The notes below the pieces were generated by a model, which ran no database searches, was not told where the DNA came from, and was given only the letters and a program-made list of their open reading frames with translations. Shown in pieces: positions 37,872 through 50,960 of a stretch of DNA of 64,000 bases (its first letter is position 1; each line of letters begins with the position of its first letter). Both the position numbers and the translations under genes were made by a program. The stretch is from assembly GCA_040954595.2 (NCBI GenBank), contig CM082577.2, positions 8,767,846 through 8,831,845 on the forward strand, written 5' to 3'. This DNA is from Balanoglossus misakiensis (lineage: Eukaryota > Animalia > Hemichordata).

Positions 37872-38043
37872 TGAAAATTGTTCAAAATGACAAAATCAAC
37901 AAAGGGAATTTGTAAGTTTTTGACAATTTTTATGAGCTGTAACCCATGAAAAAATGTTCTAAAGTGACATTTAGTTAAATGGGGTAAAAATCAGATGATT
38001 TGTTCCATGTGCGTGAGTGAGTCGTCACAGACATGACTCTCAT
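37872..38043. mobile_element. Dispersed remnant with pieces of the 88-bp satellite monomer and a short terminal hairpin
   Basis: 37922-37948 GACAATTTTTATGAGCTGTAACCCATG matches the satellite at 24/27. 37872-37896 is an inverted satellite-like piece. Hairpin GAGTC...GACTC at 38019-38039. Confidence 0.5.
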
Positions 38044-40370
38044 ATCATAGCTTCAACTGATAAGATACACGTAACAATGGTGGATTTAAACTTTACCCGA
38101 GTTGATGGATAGAAAACTCGGGTTTCCAGGAGCCAATCCGCCATGAATATCGTAAGGAATACGAATAGTTAGGTTTAATATACTATTGCGTGAGCCGAAT
38201 AAAATATATACTGGGAATGAATCTAAAACTGAAGCAGAACTCATTGAATAAATTCTGTATGTTGAGGACTAATGATGAGAAACGACTAGTTTTTTTTCCT
38301 TTGGCAGGAACGTTTGCCGTCGGGGTTCACCTGATACGCTGTTTTCGAATCGGTAGTTCACACAGAACGGTGCCGGGAAGACAATATATATTTACTGGTA
38401 ATCTACCTACGTAAAATATACTCGTTTGGCACATGTCTTGATACCTGATTACTTTTTAATGGCCATTGGTAAAGTATTTCGAATGGATTGTAAAGTTAAT
38501 TGTGTGTTATGTCACTTGGCACTTCAGTGGTAATAATCTTTTATGTGTATTTAGTTCTGTGCCCTGAAAATCAATTTCCACGAATGGGACATGACGTTTG
38601 CTATAGGTTTTCATTGAAACACCTTTCTGCAGACTGTTAAAAATTGAATCCTCAAATCTAGCCTTGACCACATAATTTTTAATTATCAGAAAATTATGGC
38701 TCACACTTATCTTTAGACAAATCAGTGATGCGTATATTACTAGATTTCATGTCCATGACGTAGTAAAAACATATTCTCTAAAAAAATGAACTTCAAACAG
38801 CAAAGAATAAATGTGTGGGGCGCCTCGTGTCTATCATTCGACACAGAGGTCCTGGCAAGTCTAATCGATTCACGGCCGTGTTAATGAGTTTTATGAAGAT
38901 CGTTTAACCAAAATGGTAAATATAGATCTTAAAATGAACATACTTTTAGACTTCACCTCAATGGAATCATTCGCTTCGATCGATCATCCGTGTGAGGTCA
39001 GAGGCCAATAGTACGAGTACTATATGATAATGTACAAATAGCCTCGAGATTTGAACGCAGAATTTTCAACAAACATACTAAAATAATCACGACAAATAAA
39101 AATCGTGACTTGAAATATCTACCTGAGTCATTCAAAAAGCTGTCTGATTATGGTCTTTTGAAGACTAGAGATATTAGGAAACAAAATAAACCTCAAAGAG
39201 TGAAAACACGATTTTCAAACCATGAATGTCAGGGATGTCATCCGATCTGTGAGTACTGCTTGCGATTTTGCTACATGTAAAGCTATACCATAGACAGTAG
39301 ACTATACTAAGGGCTATACCAAGGGTCCCATAGAAACCGCGTTAATGATATAATATCAAATTCCTGTCTTCCATCACTGAGCTGCCTCGTCTTGATATAT
39401 AATTGCTTCTCCAAAACCCAAAGAATTTTCTATCTGATACACGGTGAATTGATCGCTGTAAGCAAAACATGTGATGACTTTCATGTCTATACACTTGCAT
39501 CTACATCTGACCATTCTCGCCCCACCAGACTACGGATTTCTTTCGTTTCACTATCGGAATCACGGGGAGCAGAGCGCTGCCGTAAAAGGGCCGTGGTTTG
39601 CGACGATGCATCTGACGCCTAATAACACTTCCGTGAGACATGGACATGGTTTGTAGCAAACAGTCGACGCATTACAAAATATAGGGGAAGACCAAAAAGA
39701 CTTTTAGGGTTTTCTTAACAAAATGTGGCTTATAAAATTCAGTGCTGAGATTTTGATCACAAATTCTGAAAGAGGATGATCTCGACATGCGTCACTTACA
39801 TACAGTGCATCGCAATACCAATTTAGCCAACACCCATTTTCGATACCAGTTTCTAAGAAGGGTGGCCTCGAAAGACCTAACATGGCTGAATCTTGTTAGT
39901 AATCATGAGTAACATTCTTCTGACCGTCTCTCATCAAACCCCGTGCACAACATTTGGCTCATTAATAAAACCCTTTCTTGAGATGTTGATGACACATACA
40001 GAACACGGAGAGACAGACAAACATGTCGAAGTCGGGGTATAGCATCAGCTTTCATTTTCTCCCTGGTTATGGGAAATCATGGCCCTGACATAGAAGCTCA
40101 AAGATGACGTAAACACCACTGATTAATCATCAGCATAGCAGTGTATAACTTAATTGAAATAGTCTTGTTGATGGAACGGTCGAAGAAGCCTCACTATGAC
40201 GCACATACACCGCGTCCCGTGCCAATGCAACGGTTAATGATCTCCAGCAAATGCACCTCACCCTGGTTAGATCAACCTTGTAATGGGCTCGTAATGTGTT
40301 GCAAGATACTTACATATTCCCCCAACATCATTTCCCTCAGGCTCGACAAATTCGTATCCGTATACGTTAA

Positions 40371-40659
40371 AGCGCGTAGCTCGTCTCACACACATGCGCG
40401 TAACTTCCCAGCAAATTTTCCGTTCGATGCATTCAAATAATGGACTGCTTCGCTTCCTTCCATATTTCATGCGCACCGTATAAGTAGATTCTGGTTTTGT
40501 CCCTCCTTTTCACCCAAGCTAGTGTCTTTTCCCGATCTCCGACACAGATTATGGTCGCCGCCATCTTGTGTGAGCACTGCCTTATGGGATTGACTGTTCA
40601 CTAAACGTCTGTAACCAGCGGCTACAGCTGGAACATGCGTGTGAGACGAGCTACGCGTT
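40371..40659. mobile_element. TTAA-flanked MITE (289 bp), Kolobok-like
   Basis: TTAA at 40367-40370 and 40660-40663; ~26-bp TIRs AGCGCGTAGCTCGTCTCACACACATG / CATGCGTGTGAGACGAGCTACGCGTT (2 mismatches). A purine-purine terminus rather than piggyBac CCC favours Kolobok. Confidence 0.8.
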
Positions 40660-42749
40660 TTAATAGTACCAAGCCCCGTAGTGCACAGCCTTAGGTTATT
40701 GTAGGCTATGACATCTGCGAAACTATGAATAAAATATGCTTACACTTTGTAGTGTAATTCAGTCAAATATTTATTAACGTTAATAAAGTAAATGGTAAAT
40801 TTACATGGTAAATGCGTGTGTGTATATATAATATAATATGATATCAAATGTTATGTTTCATGACAGTGTTCAATGTCGCGCGACAGAGCAGTATATCATC
40901 TGAAGGAAATAAGCAATTAAAATCAAGACTTTATAGTCGCTACTCAGTATCACGCTACACTATTGTAACGGTTGTCAAGCGATCGTTACAATAATGTAGT
41001 AAAGTACACTATTGTAACAAAGTCATGAATGTATATATACGGAAATCGAACATATTTAATTGCAGATATCAATACTAAAAATACCATTGTTCTGAATGAA
41101 AATTTCATTTTCCGGAAGCCAATATTAGTCAGAAATAATCAATGTTGTTCCACGGATTTCTTCATTACTCACTGATTTCCCACGGTGATTTCATGACGCT
41201 CGAGGCCCAGTTATTGCAACAAGATAGAAGAAAACATAAAATGCTGTTTCTACCGACGCATTCCTTTTAATAATGTAACATGAGACAGAATTCAAACTTT
41301 GGTAAATACGTTAACCTGAATTGTGTGCAAATAGCCAAAATGGCCCGTACAATAACCACTTCTTTAGAGCTATGTAGCGAATGCACTGTAGTTGTGAAGT
41401 GTTTATATATATATATATTTTTTTACGATCACCACAATGTACAGCAGTAAATCTTTATCGTAGGCTGTCTGTTGAAATTGTTGAAAAGATAATAAAAATA
41501 TACTTCTTTACATATCTATAGACTATCTTGGGTGGTCCGTGCTATATAATATATATTTGTATATATACATGTCTATATGTATATAATACAAAGGATAGAA
41601 AGCAATTTATTAACATTATTATTTTAGGTAAATGCGCTCATGCGAATGCACATAATGCATTGCGCTGGACAAATAATGACAATAATTGTACACCACATGT
41701 TGTAAATCTTGTATATAGCTGTTATTATAAAGTGTCATGCAAACTCTTGAAACCAGGTTGCTGGGGGATCGCTCCGTCGAGCTTCTCATACAGGAATCTT
41801 TTATATCCTTGTGGAGTCGAGAATTTTCACAATATCAGAAATGGTGAGGGTCATATATATAGACTGAGTTCTGTGTGCAAAATAAATGAATACTAAATAT
41901 CTCCCTTTGTAAAGCCTTGTGATAAAATATTATAGAAAGGGTTCATGGGTAGTGTGATGTATTCGGCCATCTTTTTTCCAACAGACATTCAAGCTTTCAC
42001 AAGGTTAAGTAGCTGCATCTTTTTTTGCATAATGGGCGTACAGGTATTGCTTTGCTATCTGAAATTTAGTTTCAGATTTAATCACAATAGTCTCTATACA
42101 TAGATGTACTCATGGGGGAAAACTGGGTCACTGATCACCATAGTGACCCAAGTGTTCAGTGACCCAAGAGTTCGAAGCCAAAAAAAAGTCTCGCGATGAC
42201 GATACAAATATAAAACGCCGCCATTTTCAAAATACCTTTTTTGGTCATGCTGAATCTGAAGGCAGAAATGCTCGTACCCAGCAAATACTGTCTCTGACAG
42301 CAGGATATATAAAAAACATCAGTCTGAAAAGTCCACTATTCCCATGCGGGGACGAACGCGTAATTTGCTTTCTACTGCCTTCCATAAACACCATATCAAA
42401 TAAAAGCGTTCTGTGGCCATATATGGCGATGCCACATATCTGTACGTCCGCAGATTTACCATGTTAATCTGCTATGGGTAACATTTCCTACTAACGCACG
42501 CATTGTTGAAAATCACTGAGTAAACACCGCAGCATGGTACATCATGCTTTAGGTTTCCATCAACAATGGCAAAAGGATGTAACCAGTGGAGGCAGGTTTT
42601 TTTAAGGACACGTTTGTTGACCCAGGCTGACTATTAGGCCTACCAATAACAGCGGTAAACAAACCTATGTCACAGTATGGCCTCGTTCGTGTAGAAAGGT
42701 GAAGAAAGGTTTGATGGATAAATGATTCGAAAGGTTCAATAAGACAAAG

Positions 42750-42812
42750 TTTGATTGATTCATTCATTGAGAGATTGATTGGTTGACTGACTGACTCGTT
42801 GATTGAGAGATT
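42750..42812. repeat. Degenerate (GATT/GACT)n microsatellite
   Basis: ttgattgattcattcattgagagattgattggttgactgactgactcgttgattgagagatt. Confidence 0.7.
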
Positions 42813-43484
42813 GAGTTTGAGCATGACCATTTCTTTGGAGAACAATACTACGTCACGTGTCCCGTAAATGCTAATCTAAGTATGGCAGAGGTCGGCGGGT
42901 AAAGAACCATTGCGAAGACAACAACAGATGATCGATGTCATCGGTATACGAGAAAAAATACACTCTTGATTTTACTTGCTCCCCGCCATCGAGCTATCGA
43001 AGGACACGCTGTAAATAAAGCTTCAAGTAACAAGTCATGTGTATAAATTTCAATGATGAAAAGATATATCATTATTAACAACATCTTCTTGCATTTCGAC
43101 TATAAATTTGACCAAGTCATACCATAACAAAACGTTACAATATAGCCTATACTGTAGTACGTTTGCTTCCCGTCTCGAGCTGTCGAAACATTTCCTTTTA
43201 TTCTGATAGCAAAATTTAAACGCAACCACTAGAGTACTGTCAGCTTAGGGAAGTTCTCATACGTATACAGCAGCCTCGCAGTGGTTATTTTGTTCACCTG
43301 TGAGCTAACTGAAAAAACACATTACAAAGTTCCGTTTTATTGTTCTGCTGTTTCCCGCCAGCGAGGTTCTTCCGACTGAAGGTTTATGGTTGAAAGTTTT
43401 GTCTCTCAAACTTGCAGGAAAATGTACCCTTTGAGAAGGAACATGATTACATTTAAGGTCCATACGCTAAGACTCATCCCCCAC

Positions 43485-45224
43485 TTATATGCTGCTTTCC
43501 CAATCAACCATTTCTCCCGTGGCCCCCGACTGTGATTCGACAAGTTCAAGTACCACGTGAGGAGGTGTTGTCTCCGGCAGTGTCTTGTCAGCCAATGACT
43601 CTTCGTCCGAATCAGGCGAACCGACCGCGGGGTTCTCCGGCTCGGGAACGGCGATAGCGTACTTCGTCGGGTGCAGGTGTACCGGCTTGTAGAAGCTGCA
43701 GTCCAACAAGTTGTTATTGCCGTTTTTCTGAAAGGAGATGTCTCTATAACTGTGCAAACTTTGGCAATTGACCTCGCGATGCATCAGGTCAGTTATGCTC
43801 ATTTCTGAAGCCATGCCCAAGTGGTGGTTTGCCGACAGCGAGCTGACGACAACCGGCGACGAACGGGACGTTGGCGCCGCCAGCCTGTCGTGTATACTGT
43901 AGTGAAGCGTCGTGTCCACCGCCGAGAAGCGGACACTTTCTGTCCGAGTGCTTCGGAAGAACGAAGTTGACTTGCTTCTGGAGAAACCCGTGTACCTGCT
44001 GCTGCGGCGGGAAAATTTGCGCGGCGCCCTGAATCTCGGGCAGCAACATATCATTCGAAAGCAGTTCTTAAATCGTTCGCTCATGAAGCAGTAGCAAATA
44101 GGGTTCACGGAAGAATTCGAGAGTCCCAGCCATAAGAAAAACGGGCGTATCTCTAGCGCATGTCCGTCGTAAACAAAATCCAGATAGGTCTGCGCAATGA
44201 AGTAAGGCAGCCAAGAAATGGCGAACAGCGACACCAACCAAAGTAACATTTTCACGACCTTTCTGCGGCCTTTCAGCTGGTTTTCAATCACTGAATTGTG
44301 CGGACGCGATTTTCTGACCGGTTCGTTCCGTAACTTCTTGTCGTGGTTCCACAGTCTTTGGCAGATGCGGAGGTAAACCGCGAGGGTCAGCAGGAGAGGC
44401 ACAAAGTACGTCAAGAGGAACACGACCACGCCGTACATCTGTTGAACTTGCTTGCTCGGCCAGTGCATCTCCCTGCAGATGCTGTCCAGCTTCATGCCGT
44501 CAATTTCGAGCATCTCGATATCGTTGACGTACAAAATGGGCGACATGATGGCGACCGACACGATCCAGATGCACGCGATGAAGCAAGACACCGACTTCTG
44601 CGTGAACATCGCCCGGGCCTTCAGCGGTTTTCGGATGGCGTAGTAGCGGTTCATGCTGACGGCCGTGAGCGTCAGCATACTGCCGGACACGGACACCCCT
44701 TGAATGAAAGGGACGATCCGGCACATGACGGCCCCGTATATCCAGTGGAAGTAGATCTCCATTCCCAGAGCGATCGGCATACACACGAGCACGACGAGAA
44801 GATCGCACACGGCGAGATTGGCCAGGAAGGCGTTGGTGACGGTGCGCATGTGGCGGAATTTGGCGACGGTGAAGAGGACGAGGCAGTTTCCCACCAGGCC
44901 GACAACGAACGATATCGTGTAGAGCACCATGAGCGCCACCACGGACGGCTGCCCGTGGCGTCGCCTGGCCGCCTCGATCTCCTGGAGGAACTGACGTTGC
45001 AGCAGAACGTCATACGTCATCATCAGATCGCCCGAAAAGTCAAACAGGCCGTCGGACTTGTTCAGTGACGCGTTTAACAGTCTCCATGGCGTTGGCGATC
45101 CGTCGATTGTCGCGGAGACGCTCGGCTCGCCGTCAAGAGCGACGTAGCTCTCCATCACGGTCGGCGAAAAGTCACTCTCCTCCCACGTTGACTCCGTAGA
45201 ATGTGTAAAGTTCTCGACCGACAT
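43485..45224 (-). CDS. Rhodopsin-family neuropeptide GPCR, orexin/allatotropin-QRFP-NPFF receptor group, 579 aa, intronless CDS
   Basis: Seven TM helices with GN (TM1), HMRTVTNAFLANLAVCD (orexin-receptor-like ICL1/TM2), CRIVPFIQGVSV, NRY, RRKVVKML, SWLP, NSSVNPICY, helix 8 and CCC; N-terminal N-glycosylation sequons. The ORF-track start at 45266 is GTG right after an in-frame TAA; the first ATG (MSVENF) is at 45224. Confidence 0.95.
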   Translation of the reverse strand: MSVENFTHSTESTWEESDFSPTVMESYVALDGEPSVSATIDGSPTPWRLLNASLNKSDGLFDFSGDLMMTYDVLLQRQFLQEIEAARRRHGQPSVVALMVLYTISFVVGLVGNCLVLFTVAKFRHMRTVTNAFLANLAVCDLLVVLVCMPIALGMEIYFHWIYGAVMCRIVPFIQGVSVSGSMLTLTAVSMNRYYAIRKPLKARAMFTQKSVSCFIACIWIVSVAIMSPILYVNDIEMLEIDGMKLDSICREMHWPSKQVQQMYGVVVFLLTYFVPLLLTLAVYLRICQRLWNHDKKLRNEPVRKSRPHNSVIENQLKGRRKVVKMLLWLVSLFAISWLPYFIAQTYLDFVYDGHALEIRPFFLWLGLSNSSVNPICYCFMSERFKNCFRMICCCPRFRAPRKFSRRSSRYTGFSRSKSTSFFRSTRTESVRFSAVDTTLHYSIHDRLAAPTSRSSPVVVSSLSANHHLGMASEMSITDLMHREVNCQSLHSYRDISFQKNGNNNLLDCSFYKPVHLHPTKYAIAVPEPENPAVGSPDSDEESLADKTLPETTPPHVVLELVESQSGATGEMVDWESSI

Positions 45225-45466
45225 TGAAACCGCACTCGACGCTGCGGTATATTCGCGTAGAGTCACTTAGTAAACGGAGTTGTAACAGCGAAAGGCACCT
45301 TTGTGTCGACAATAATTTAATCCGCACAACAGGTTTTCTTTGCCTCCCTGCGATGATCCAGTGGTGCCCTTAGTTACCGACAGAAACACCACACGCCCGA
45401 ATCCTCAGCATGTGTTCATCAATGGTTGTTGGCGCTGGGGCTACACAATACGACACATGTGGTGAG

Positions 45467-45493
45467 ATGATGATGATGATGATGATGATGATG
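45467..45493. repeat. (GAT)n trinucleotide repeat in the putative GPCR 5'UTR
   Basis: gatgatgatgatgatgatgatgatgat read directly. Confidence 0.9.
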
Positions 45494-45635
45494 AAACGAG
45501 CTCCCTGTTCCAACCTTCAGCCGATTACAATCGATGAGCAGAAAGCAACGTGACTCCAAAGCTGTTTTCACTTTTGCCACTTCAAACTGTATGCTGCCTT
45601 TCTGTCGCGTGGTAGAAGCAAAAACGACAACTCGT

Positions 45636-45660
45636 CTGCAAAATGAAAAACAATGATATA
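45636..45660 (-). other. Putative splice acceptor of a 5'UTR intron of the GPCR
   Basis: Minus strand TCATTGTTTTTCATTTTGCAG|ACGAG, exon starting at 45635, 411 nt before the ATG. Confidence 0.55.
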
Positions 45661-48600
45661 AAAATAGTGATTAATAAACCAAAATGATAAAACAGTACCA
45701 TTCGTGTAATGGCGTGTTGTCATACAGCTGTCAAGATAAGCATCTATCTATTCAACTGCGAGATGAATTGCCATAAATCTGTGACGTATTGAGTGTTACT
45801 AACTGAGCTCTCTTGTTCAACAGAGCTAGAACACGTGTTATCACAAAACGGCTCGGTGGTTTTGATACACCAGCTCCGAATGCTGCGCACGCGTACTCCA
45901 CACGCACATGGTCATCAACCGTTCATTCGTTCTCACATAATCCCAACCGTTCCCTAGTATTATGTATGTCTCTTGCAGCTAAACTGCCTTTATGCTGGTG
46001 GAGCTTTTCACAGCTATTCAACGACGCCATGCAAAGGATTTTTCAAGCACCAAACTTGCAAAAATGTAACACCAGTAATAAAATTCACAAGACAGGCCGC
46101 AGTGCGTGATATGTTGACGATGGTGGAAGCCAATTTAATTAAGGGTGTCCCTGGCGTCCCCTGTACAAGCCTACGGGCAGCGCGTAATGCACTGTGGAAA
46201 CAGAAAAAATATCTTTTCTACGTCATGCACTAAAACCAAACGACCAACATAAACAATGTCTGTATGAACCCAAAACAGACACATGCCCGCCCGCCAGTAC
46301 ATGTAATCCATCAGGCTTAGTGCTCCAATTTCCCAGGTACTAGACAAACAGTCACGTCATAGCGACCGGTACACCACGCGACTGTTAATCAAGCAGACGA
46401 CGGTACAATGCCACTGCAGATAGTAGTTTGCCTGAAAGCAGTAACAAGAAAGGCTCGAATAACTTGCAAAACGAGACACGGTCACGAGGTGGGCATTGCA
46501 TCTTTTATCCTATCGGGTTACACGCTGTGAAATTCATTCAAAGCGAAACAGGAGTAATTTTAATGACGTTTTTTTTGCACGCTAAGTATATTTACTTTTA
46601 AATTATGCTCAATTTATTTTCCTGAATAAAAGCATAGTATAGAGACAGGTCAACAAAGATGCTTTCGCACAGCCGATGAAAGAAAATCTAATCATCTATG
46701 AAGTTATGTAAACTATCGCAGCCTTTTCAGTAAGAAGACAAATTGCGCTGATTTAAAAAGTAAAATCATACATAATTCAGTTACATCTCCGGAGTTACCA
46801 AGACACAAGTTCTATTGTTATATTCACTAGCACTATAGGTACTTTGGGACTCAAAGGATGAAAACTACAGATAGTTCATGAAAGAAGAACCCCGGGAAGT
46901 TAATTATGTTTCAGCAACATTTCCAGTTTGAATAGAACGCGTGATGTCTGCTGTTTTTGACGACTGAGTGCATCTTTCCCCGTCTCTTTCCGTCGAATAT
47001 GTACTTTGACCATTCCAACAGCGACATCGCTGATATTCCATGGCAGCGCCAGCGCACGTGCCCATCATGTTAGTAAATAATTATCTCTCTCCTAAGTTGC
47101 TTCTGCTGGGGGGGGGGGGGGGGGGGGGCTACAGGCTGCAGATTTCATGTTAGGTAAAGATAAAACAATGAAAAAATGCAATTTTTATCCCGCGCCAAAA
47201 TTTTCCGGGCAGAAATTATTACCCGTTCTTCCCCGGCCTATCAGTTATCAGGCTGAGCTACATGTACATTGTACCCTTCTTTCACTATTTCCCGCCACCC
47301 CTCCCCATCGCCCGTGCCATTAATTAACAAACATAAATGTTCAGGGCGTCGAGATTTCTACGAACTGTCCACGTCAAACTCATGCAGTTTTAGATGTACA
47401 AATAATCAAACCAAGAGATCTACTGATGACATTCTGAACAGAAGGTGCCACCGTATGTTGCACAATTTTTATGTCGGGCGCCTCTTCTGTGAACTGATGT
47501 GATTTGACGTCAACCGCTGTGGCCGCCACATGTCTAAATGTTATTTGAATTCACGAAGCTATTATCCGTATGGATGATATGACGCTCACTTTATAGACCC
47601 GTGTAACGCCAGTAAAGCGGAAAACGCTTCCGTATTGTATGGCCAGGTTTATGTTAAGTGGCTATAATAAAAGGCGAAACCAGCTTATTACGAATTTACA
47701 CATTCGCTTGTTTTAGTTGCAGATAATAGAGTGTGCGACTGTATGTGCGTGTGTGTTACCCGAAATTATTCAAATACACAAAAGGTGAGTTGTAATTAGC
47801 AATGCTGCTCACACTATTAACAAACAAGTATTAGGTTCCTGACCTTTCCACGACTACATCTTTCGTCTCGAATGACATATTTTCCACCGAATGTGCAAAG
47901 GTTTGCAGACAATTACCACTTCAAGTAGCGTCTTACACCTTGTGGTCGTTCAACAACGTAATATGAAGATGAAGTTGCTAAGCAACGTTCATCACGGATG
48001 TTATTAAGTGTATCAGGATGACATGCACGCACCCTCATACAACTTGGATAAATCAATACTTGTTCCAACAAGGATATAGCCACTGAGGTTATAGCGTACC
48101 ACACAGCAAAAGTAAATTGTTACAAATCATATACATGTACCTTTATGTTCCATTTTCACTTCGTAGAAAGTGCACGAAATTAAGCTCTCAGACGATACAT
48201 TGAAGTTATAGATCGTTTCACTCTTCTAAATGTCTGGTAAAACTTTCCATTCTATGAAAATATGGCTTATGCTGTAAAACCAAGTTATTCCACAGTGCTC
48301 GTGTCTTATGCAATAACGTTTTGAAAATCATAAAGGCCATCATTGAAATAAATATCTTAAAGCTGTGGGGGATTTCCAATAAGCATCTCCGGGCAGTTTT
48401 TTTAACAGATGTACGACTTCACAGACGTTCGTATGGGTGACACTTTCGCTTTCATGAGTACGTGTCCGACTTGCAGGTTTTATCCAAAGTCAACAACGGG
48501 TTAGACTAAGTAAACGAGCAAACATGTTAACACCGGGAGAAGTGGCAAATTGCAGTCTTTCTTGGATCACGTACCCGTGCACTAAAGCGATGGCGCGCGT

Positions 48601-49648
48601 GAGTTCGTTTCCAAAGTAACTATATCTCGGTCTGCAGCCCAATTGTTGGTGACAGAACACGCGAAAATACTCCAAGGTAATAAATGTTATTCCCGCTGCC
48701 AATATCCACATTGCGCCACAAAACAGTGACTATACCTTTCAACTTTTTATTAAATGACACAGTTGTTTGATTTTAAACAGATTTAATTCGCGTTCACGAC
48801 GATCTGTTTGAGCAGAGTGCGAATCTGAGCAGGTGTTACAAATACATTGTTAAAGATTTATATCTCCGTTCCGAATGAAATATAAATTTTAAAAAAACCT
48901 ACCATTAAACCACGGAGATCCAGATGTATTAGAGATGTATCAACGTGTGTCCTGCCAGATCGATGTTCAGAAGTCGACTGACAGCACAACTTGAAATAAA
49001 TGTTACTGAATGGTTAAGACTCCCTAGATATGCGTAAAATGGCGTGTTTTCGAGATCGACGGCTCAGATGAAATCCTTGCCTGGCGAAACTATTTATATT
49101 TCTGAAGCGTGGCGTGTGCTTTGTTTGTCTTTCTGCACGTGGTAATGGCAGAAATAGATTCGCTGCAGGGGTTAGCTTAATGATCTTTCTAAAGAGAGCT
49201 CCGCTTTTGGCATTATACGTCATTTTGACTCGTTTTTATTTGGCACTCAGGAGAGCATTCACTTGCCTTGGTCGATCATGCACCCCGGTGTATGAGCTAC
49301 AAGTAGAGCGATGCCACACGCACACAAGTGCAGCACAACACGGCGACTGACATGATTAAATAGGGCTATAACTTTAACTGATGCCTACAGTATTGAAAAC
49401 ATTAGAAATTGAAAATTTATTATTTTTTTACTCTCCTGACGCACTTAACGGCTAATAAACTAATCCTGTGAATGATGTGCTCGCTTGGTAGCGCAACACG
49501 TTGCCCTCGATTCATTTTCAGCATATTCATAACAGATGGTTAATACTGACACATCGGTGGAACGTAAAACTAAATATGCAACGGGGTTGATGTGATTGTG
49601 CTCATTGTGCAAATCGAAGCTAATTGATGGCAGTAATCGAGGACTTAA

Positions 49649-49733
49649 CCCTTTCACCACAATGGTTTGGTCGAAATCCATTGTTTTCTACGGTAAATAT
49701 GGACATATTCAGAGGGAAACGGGGGTGGAAGGG
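49649..49733. mobile_element. Degenerate piggyBac-type mini-MITE
   Basis: TTAA|CCCTTTCACCAC ... GGGGTGGAAGGG (10/12 inverted match); the right TTAA is missing. Confidence 0.45.
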
Positions 49734-50914
49734 TCGGTTCAGGGGGAGAGGGTGTGTTTTCCATCACAATATTATTACAAGCAATGCAACTTCGCAAAAC
49801 AGAGATTGATAATACAGAATTTAAAATTAGCTGACCGATTGCTGTCGCATGACAATTTGCATGTAGATTCTCAATCTGGTTTTACAAAGGATTTCCACTG
49901 TCTGACATTTTTTCATTCGTCTTACAGACAAACTTTTAAAGATTGATAACGGACAACTTCCGATGGAAATATAATTTTTCTCGATCAGTCCAAATGCGAC
50001 AAGGGCAAATTAAGGAGAATTATGTCTTGTATGGCATTTTTAAACGTTATCCCTACGAGTGCACAGTATGTAAACAGGTTGTTTATAACTCAAAATAAAT
50101 TTCACTGTATATCAGACACGGTCTATTTCTTGCATTGACAGGGTTGTTATATTCCAATATCAACTCTAACTACAAATGTAACAGCAATAAACCGTTCACG
50201 TTCCTCTATACAGGAAAGTGTCAATACATCATTTCTCCTTTTCCGTGCTGCTGCACACGTAGAATACATATATATGTCGACTGGGTGTTTTCAACACTAA
50301 CACTATATGCATACAGGATACGTTTCTGGCGATGCGCCAAACACCAGAGTGCAGTGGAAGCAAGCTCCGGGTGTTGTAGTTGTTGCCATGGACAACTCTC
50401 AAATTCACAAACGGGTCGTAAATACTGGTAGCGCGGTCATGAAAGACGCGTCTTTTCCAACTTCAAAAGTTCAATGGCAGAGAGCGGCCCAACCGTGTTA
50501 AAATTCACAGCTGCCGGAATCTGATCATTGGAACATCCAACAGGTGCTATTACGCTCCGTAATCATCTCGATTATTTTAATGTGCAGTGAACACCTGCTT
50601 TGGTCGCACACAATTCCCGGAAAGAGAGAGGGAAGTGGCGGCTTCATGTGCCAGGAGCTTTACAAAGACGCAGAGAAGCACGCGGTTATCTGCTTCGTTC
50701 ATTGATTGTCGCTCAGGCACTTGATGCTACTATAAATCCAAGATAGCACGCATTAAAACTAAACAAGATTATGAGGTTGGGGAATGAAACGTTGAATTAG
50801 CTGTTTACTGCAGCGTTACTTGGCAGGGCGGAATACAGTAAAAAAATGTCAAGCTTCTTACGAGATATGCAGGTAGTATAGATTGCTGCCTTCTTCAGAC
50901 ATCGAGAATGGACA

Positions 50915-50960
50915 GACCAGAGCCATGTATAAAGAGGACCAGAGCCATGTATAAAGAGGA
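50915..50960. repeat. 22-bp tandem duplication
   Basis: GACCAGAGCCATGTATAAAGAG twice. Confidence 0.85.

Noticed and set aside
44343-45068. 241-aa plus-strand ORF
   Set aside because: Antisense to the high-GC3 part of the GPCR; a codon-bias shadow.
45225-45266. N-terminal extension MTLREYTAASSAVS of the GPCR
   Set aside because: It starts at GTG, an artefact of a prokaryotic-style ORF caller; the first ATG is at 45224.
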